From: an uncultured Candidatus Saccharibacteria bacterium
Lineage (GTDB): Bacteria > Patescibacteriota > Minisyncoccia > Phycocordibacterales > CAIZLB01
Length of the DNA stretch: 64,000 nt
NCBI GenBank assembly: GCA_964627085.1
Contig: CAZVIP010000002.1
Coordinates: forward strand, 4,416 to 68,415
Reading direction: 5' to 3'
Translations under genes and position numbers: made by a program
Shown: positions 59,030 through 64,000 of the stretch, in pieces
Layout: each line of letters begins with the position of its first letter
How positions within the stretch are numbered: the first letter of the stretch is position 1
The notes under the pieces: generated by a model
Told to the model about the DNA's origin: nothing
The model's database searches: none
Seen by the model: the letters and a program-made list of their open reading frames with translations, nothing else

Positions 59030-60013
59030 ATGACAAAAGCAATACCAAAAAATAATATTGTTATTTACCAAGCAAAATCCGGTGCAATTGAGCTTAAGGG
59101 AGATTTTAAACATGAGACCGTATGGGCTACACAAGCACAGATTGCTGAGGCTTTTGATGTAAATGTTCGTACAATTAACGAGCACATTACAAATATTTAT
59201 AAAATAAACGAGCTTAACAAAGACTCAACTATCCGGAATTTCCGGATAGTTCAAAAAGAAGGCAAAAGAGAGGTAGAACGAGAGATTGGTCATTATAACC
59301 TAGACATGATTCTCTCTGTTGGATATCGAGTCAATTCAAAGAATGCTACAAAATTCCGACAATGGGCAACAAAAACTCTCAAATCACACATTGTAGACGG
59401 CTATACCATAAACCCGAACCGTATCGAAAAGAACTACGAAGCATTTTTATCTGCTGTTGAAAAAGTTAAACTACTCATTCCACAAGATACCATAGTCACA
59501 ACCAACGACACCCTTGAACTTGTTAAGCTCTTTGCAAACACTTGGTTTTCTCTTGATGCATATGACAAATCTGAATTCACTAAAAAGAACCTAACAAAAA
59601 AGCAGATTAAGATTAGTGGCCAAGAATTAACTTCAGCTATTCAAGAACTAAAGCAAGAGCTACTCGTAAAAGGTGAAGCTACAGACTTATTTGCAAACGA
59701 AAGACAAGCGGACAGTATTGAAGGAATAGTCGGAAATGTATTCCAATCATTTGGAGGTAAAAATGTCTATGAAAATATTGAGGAAAAAGCTGCTCACCTA
59801 CTTTACTTCATCGTAAAGAACCATCCATTTTCTGATGGAAATAAGAGAAGTGGAGCTTTTGCATTTGTGTGGTTCCTAAAGAAAGCGAAGATCCTTGATA
59901 CCAATAAAATAACACCTGAAGCACTAACTGCACTCACCTTGCTTGTTGCAGAAAGTGATCCGAAAGAAAAGGAACAGGTTACTGGGCTTATTGTAATGTT
60001 GTTGGGAAAGTAA
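59030..60013 (+). CDS. RhuM/Fic-Doc family protein
   Basis: VWATQAQIA, YNLDMILSVGYRVNS, FRQWAT; Fic motif HPFSDGNKRSG; ATG 59030 follows an extended -10. Confidence 0.92.
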   Translation: MTKAIPKNNIVIYQAKSGAIELKGDFKHETVWATQAQIAEAFDVNVRTINEHITNIYKINELNKDSTIRNFRIVQKEGKREVEREIGHYNLDMILSVGYRVNSKNATKFRQWATKTLKSHIVDGYTINPNRIEKNYEAFLSAVEKVKLLIPQDTIVTTNDTLELVKLFANTWFSLDAYDKSEFTKKNLTKKQIKISGQELTSAIQELKQELLVKGEATDLFANERQADSIEGIVGNVFQSFGGKNVYENIEEKAAHLLYFIVKNHPFSDGNKRSGAFAFVWFLKKAKILDTNKITPEALTALTLLVAESDPKEKEQVTGLIVMLLGK

Positions 60014-60014
60014 C

Positions 60015-60088
60015 ATAAGAAAAAGCACCGACTCTGGTTGGTGCTTTTTCTTATTTCTATGTTCCGTATCGAGGACGAGTTCAGAACC
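60015..60088 (+). repeat. 15-bp hairpin plus att-like motif (reads MFRIEDEFRT at 60059-60088)
   Basis: ataagaaaaagcacc / ggtgctttttcttat followed by the motif. Confidence 0.78.
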
Positions 60089-60192
60089 GCAAATTGGACT
60101 AAGATTAAAAGCGATTTGGAGTTTAGCGGTATTCTTACACTATTTCCTCAGATGTCGCTTCAGAACTAACCGCACTTATTATAATTAAAGCT

Positions 60193-61509
60193 TTATAGAA
60201 AAATAACATCACCGCCAACTTCTTGTTTTAAAGCTTGGATATAGGACTCCTTTGTACCAGCAGGAACAATTTGTTCACTCCTGACCTCAATTTTCAACTC
60301 CTTATCAAGTCCTATCTCGCTATATAGATCGTGGACGAGCTTTCTTGCTTCTAGCTCGTCCTCTTTAATGGCTTCATTTATTGTATTCAATCTTTCCTTA
60401 TCAAAGTTAAATTCACCAATGAACTTTCCCTCGCAAGTAAGCTTTGCTGTGATGGTTCTTATTTCTTTTCTGTCTCCGTGATTTAGATATTTTAGTAAAC
60501 CAGATAAAAATCCAGTGCATCTATCTGCAAATGAGACTTTTTCAATACAGGCAAGAATATCATAACAACCATTACTGGTGTAAATTTCTCCAGCAGGATT
60601 ATGCTCTTGCTTTTTATTTTTAAGGTCTAATTTTAAGACACTGTCTTTCCATTCAAAATTAGATACTTCAATGACTTTTTCGTCGCCTGAGGCACATAAA
60701 GCTTCTACTTCTTTTTTTGTATAACCACTATAATACGCACCTGTTACATTGAAATTGACATTTTCTAAGTATGTAATAAAACCAGCTCTGAGAGACCATA
60801 AAGTTTTCTGAAATTCACTTAGCAGCTTCTCTAGTTCATTTTTGGTTAATATTACTTTCTCTTCTTGCCCAGAATTAATAGGTTGAAGCTCAATCTTGTC
60901 ATCGTCTAGTATCCTCCAACGTTCGTGAGCGATTGAATGTCTAATTCTTGGATCTATGTTCTCAATTAAAGTTTTTATATGGGCACTGGGTAATCCCTCA
61001 GCTTCCTCTATTCTTTGAAGCATTTTATCCGTTCCAACGTTTACAAACTCCTGAGCTGTTTTTTGTGGAACTCCTTTTTTAAGATAAGGAACAACAAAAA
61101 TGTATATTGGTGTTAGAAAATCACGCAGAAAAACCTCGAATAGTACTTTGTATTCTTCGATCATAATCAAAATCTCCTCATCACCATCATCTTCACTTTT
61201 TCTTGAAATAATCCTGTTTACTTTTTGTGGAGCGTTATGTTCTTGGTTTTTGAGAATTAAAGAAAAGACATCACCAATCAAGTCCTTGCTTTCGGCTTTT
61301 GTATATATTTCATCACAAATCGCTTGATAGAGTTTAGCTTTTTGTATGTCACTGGATTGAATGTTGTAGGAAAAAGCCCTACTCGCAAGATCTAACAAGA
61401 CATCATACGAATGAAATTTTATATGAGGAGACAGAAGTGGTTCTATGTAGTCCTTAAACAGAACTCTTTGCATATTTTTTCCAAGCATTGAATACATAAT
61501 ACTATTCAT
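60193..61509 (-). CDS. hypothetical protein with HEPN-like R-X4-H motif
   Basis: IRHSIAH in a helical N-terminal half; start could be 61473 or 61488. Confidence 0.7.
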   Translation of the reverse strand: MNSIMYSMLGKNMQRVLFKDYIEPLLSPHIKFHSYDVLLDLASRAFSYNIQSSDIQKAKLYQAICDEIYTKAESKDLIGDVFSLILKNQEHNAPQKVNRIISRKSEDDGDEEILIMIEEYKVLFEVFLRDFLTPIYIFVVPYLKKGVPQKTAQEFVNVGTDKMLQRIEEAEGLPSAHIKTLIENIDPRIRHSIAHERWRILDDDKIELQPINSGQEEKVILTKNELEKLLSEFQKTLWSLRAGFITYLENVNFNVTGAYYSGYTKKEVEALCASGDEKVIEVSNFEWKDSVLKLDLKNKKQEHNPAGEIYTSNGCYDILACIEKVSFADRCTGFLSGLLKYLNHGDRKEIRTITAKLTCEGKFIGEFNFDKERLNTINEAIKEDELEARKLVHDLYSEIGLDKELKIEVRSEQIVPAGTKESYIQALKQEVGGDVIFL

Positions 61510-61703
61510 TGATATGAAATGTAATCTAAAGTAAAGTATATATATGACCGACGAGTATTGTAAGAAGCAAAGAAACTCTCAAGCTTTTCTTAAGTTCATT
61601 AACTATACTGAGAACCTTAAAAACGATCCTGCATTCATTTCAGAATTAAGGTGGTTTCGTAATAATTATCACGTTGGATACGATACAAAGAAACCAACAC
61701 CTG

Positions 61704-62016
61704 AGAATTACTAAGGACGTCTATGACAAAAAGCATCAAGAGTATCAGGACAAGATGCAGACACTTGAAATTGAATTTTCTGAACATAGAAAAGCTGACT
61801 ACAATTACCAAACAACCCTTGCTACAGTGATTTCTGTAGCTCGCAGAGCAAAGACCATTTTTGAACTACATGCATCAGAACCCGACTGTAAACGGAAAAA
61901 AGCTATATTTTTCAATAGCTTCTCCGTTCAATTTAGTACTAGAACTAGCTAGTAGCCCTAACTGGCTCCGAGCGTTGCATGAAGCTAGAACCTCTTTTTG
62001 TAACTTCTCCGTATAA
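61704..62016 (+). pseudogene. C-terminal remnant of a large serine recombinase-like gene
   Basis: coiled-coil RITKDVYDKKHQEYQDK...ARRAKTIFE, frameshift, then QNPTVNGKKLYFSIASPFNLVLELASSPNWLRALHEARTSF; recognised by pattern only, no catalytic domain in the window. Confidence 0.72.
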
Positions 62017-62245
62017 AGTAAGTTGTGAGAATTGGTAAAAGGAGTGGAAAGAGGAAAAGCTGTAATCCTGGCAATTGGAGAAATCTTGGAAAATTATCGG
62101 CATGGATCGTGTGGAAACAAAGAATATATTGCAGACTACATACCTTCGTTGTTCCATTGCTGTATTCCACAGGGATAACGGGAAGCAGATTAAAAACAGC
62201 AAATGCTAAAATAAAGAAAAGAAATGTTATCAGGGATTTTTTCAT
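61985..62245 (-). CDS. small 2-TM membrane protein
   Basis: 86-aa ORF directly after the hydrolase; its TAG stop lies inside the att-like motif at 61963-61992. Confidence 0.6.
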   Translation of the reverse strand: MKKSLITFLFFILAFAVFNLLPVIPVEYSNGTTKVCSLQYILCFHTIHADNFPRFLQLPGLQLFLFPLLLPILTTYFIRRSYKKRF

Positions 62246-62247
62246 AA

Positions 62248-62814
62248 TTAAAATGTAATCTTCTCAATTTCATCTAACAACAACGGAAACTCTGCGTAAC
62301 CATCCTCGGTAGTTAGATGACCTCCATTTGAAATAACAATTTCTTTACTTCCAAGTTTTGAGAACTTTTCTTTATTTTCTTCATAACATCCAAATGGATC
62401 ATTGTCAGAAATTATCAAAGTTGAATTAGGTAATACAGATTTTACTTTTTCTAGATCAATTGGTGACTCGATCCAAGGCTTTGCAATCTCTGCAGTTTCT
62501 TCATCCTCAAGATTTTCTAGGTTGAACCAACCCGCCACAAACACAGCCCCACCGACAGTTGTGTCTATTGTCTCCAAATATCTCAAGATTGTTTGACACC
62601 CGATACTATGACCAACAAAATACGTGTTACTGTCTGGTGTTCCTACTACCTCTGATAATTTACCTACCCAAGCACCCATAACAGGGGTATCAATGTCTGG
62701 CATCTGAGGAATACAGACTTCAAAGCCTCGCTTTTCAAGCTCTGTCTTAATCCATGGTCTCCAGTCACCATTTGCATCATCCATCCATTGGTGAACAATT
62801 ATGATTCTTTTCAT
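62248..62814 (-). CDS. RBBP9/YdeN family alpha/beta hydrolase
   Basis: W.PW, PQMP, GHSIG nucleophile elbow, SDNDP, GGH. Confidence 0.92.
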   Translation of the reverse strand: MKRIIIVHQWMDDANGDWRPWIKTELEKRGFEVCIPQMPDIDTPVMGAWVGKLSEVVGTPDSNTYFVGHSIGCQTILRYLETIDTTVGGAVFVAGWFNLENLEDEETAEIAKPWIESPIDLEKVKSVLPNSTLIISDNDPFGCYEENKEKFSKLGSKEIVISNGGHLTTEDGYAEFPLLLDEIEKITF

Positions 62815-63003
62815 GATTAAAGCTTAGCACATAAGCAAAACCTTGTCTGAGTAAAAACTTATATCAAAACCTGTATCTTGCATAGATTCCAGACTTATTT
62901 AAGATAGAAAAACGACTTATATTTATTTGTTAGTTTACACACATTACCAGTATAGATCGCCCCTCCTCCGTCGAAATTCGATCGCTGACTCTGAGTGATC
63001 AGA

Positions 63004-63081
63004 CAAAATACAAAACAGCACCGCTTGCGCTATGTGCTGTTTTGTATTTTGATGCTCGCTTGGAGGGACGCATTTCGAACT
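63004..63081 (+). repeat. 18-bp hairpin plus att-like motif (reads MLAWRDAFRT at 63052-63081)
   Basis: caaaatacaaaacagcac / gtgctgttttgtattttg followed by the motif. Confidence 0.75.
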
Positions 63082-63422
63082 TTCGATTGGGCTGGTTTAT
63101 ATAGTAATTTAAGTTTTCATTTAGAACAGACAGGTAAACTACTCTCACTGACACGTTAGCTCCGTGACAAAGCTGCTTATTTTTTTAATAAAACTTTTTT
63201 GTGTGTAAATCTAATGAAGGTAATAAAAAGGGAAAGGAAGGAAAATATATAATTTGCAAATATAATCTCATGCTTACATTTATTTTATTATGGTTAAATT
63301 ATGCCTAAAATACGAAACTGAATATTGTTATGTGCAAACAACGCTTAAACAGCAATGTTATCAACATTTTTTAATGCACAAATATTGCAATAATATTTGT
63401 AATTGTGCATAATATCATTAAT

Positions 63423-64000
63423 ATGATTAATTCATCTACTATTTTACGTTTAAGTGAGCTCGCGTTGAATGGAGAAAAAAAAGAATTAATTTCTTTTTTG
63501 GAAAACTTAGCAGCTGAAGCAGCTAACAACAATAAAAGGAGTTTATATAATAACTTGAAAGATTTAATTCATGACTATAAACAAGATCCAAGTATAGAGT
63601 ACAGCTCTGCAAATCCAGATAAAGTTATTGAGAACAAATCGATCTGGCTCCCAGATGTAATTTTAGCACGTGTAAATCAGTTTGTTGCCTTGAATTCTAT
63701 AAGTGGCCACCAAAAAACTACGCTATTAAGTCATACAAATAAACTATTATTGTTTGGCCCGCCAGGTACTGGTAAGACAACATTAGGTCTCCACATTGGG
63801 GAAAAACTTGGATTACCTGTGCGCTATGTAAAAATATCAGATGTCATATCTTCTAGGTTTGGAGAGACGCTGAAAAATATATCTCAACTATTCGATAATC
63901 AAATAAGAGAAGTTGTTTTTTTAGATGAGTTCGACGCTTTTGCAAAAAGTAGAAACGATACACAAGATATTGGTGAATTGAAAAGAATTGTTACCTCTAT
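63423..64000 (+). CDS. AAA ATPase, IetA-like (partial, runs off the window)
   Basis: translated by hand: LLFGPPGTGKT, ISSRFGET..NI, VFLDEFDAFAKSRND..DIGELKRIVTS; absent from the ORF track because it has no stop in the window. Confidence 0.85.
   Translation, partial: MINSSTILRLSELALNGEKKELISFLENLAAEAANNNKRSLYNNLKDLIHDYKQDPSIEYSSANPDKVIENKSIWLPDVILARVNQFVALNSISGHQKTTLLSHTNKLLLFGPPGTGKTTLGLHIGEKLGLPVRYVKISDVISSRFGETLKNISQLFDNQIREVVFLDEFDAFAKSRNDTQDIGELKRIVTS

Noticed and set aside
2640-62880. Further very degenerate att-like copies near 2640, 5730, 52320, 56510, 61670 and 62845
   Set aside because: Too few conserved positions to separate from chance without a profile score
57163-63081. Classical integron attC array
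   Set aside because: No RYYYAAC...GTTRRRY boxes at the sites and no tyrosine integrase in the window

Overview
Chromosomal window that most likely comes from a Patescibacteria/CPR (Parcubacteria-like) bacterium. This is inferred from the reduced dcw cluster, two MreB paralogs, family-I ProRS, a helicase-degenerate PriA and many orphan genes. The core block (about 12-45 kb) carries ftsI, an ftsL-like gene, rsmH, mraZ, greA, mrdA, mreD/C/B, proS, rseP, frr, a holB-like gene, a second mreB, priA, dsbA, def, fmt and hpf. It also holds a cobalamin-riboswitch-controlled three-gene operon (DUF4430 protein, transcobalamin-like surface protein, DUF6580 S-component-like protein). Two accessory regions flank the core. 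The 1-12 kb region lies beside tRNA-Glu(CTC) and contains small mostly minus-strand genes, pseudogenes and a duplicated hairpin-rich element. The 45-64 kb region contains a 1341-aa surface protein and, from about 57 kb, single unrelated genes separated by at least six copies of a 30-bp motif, several of them preceded by a hairpin. One copy is the in-frame 3' end of a frameshifted large-serine-recombinase-like remnant, which suggests a recombinase-built, integron-like cassette array. The window ends inside an IetA-like AAA ATPase. All family assignments are by eye from motifs; no searches were run.
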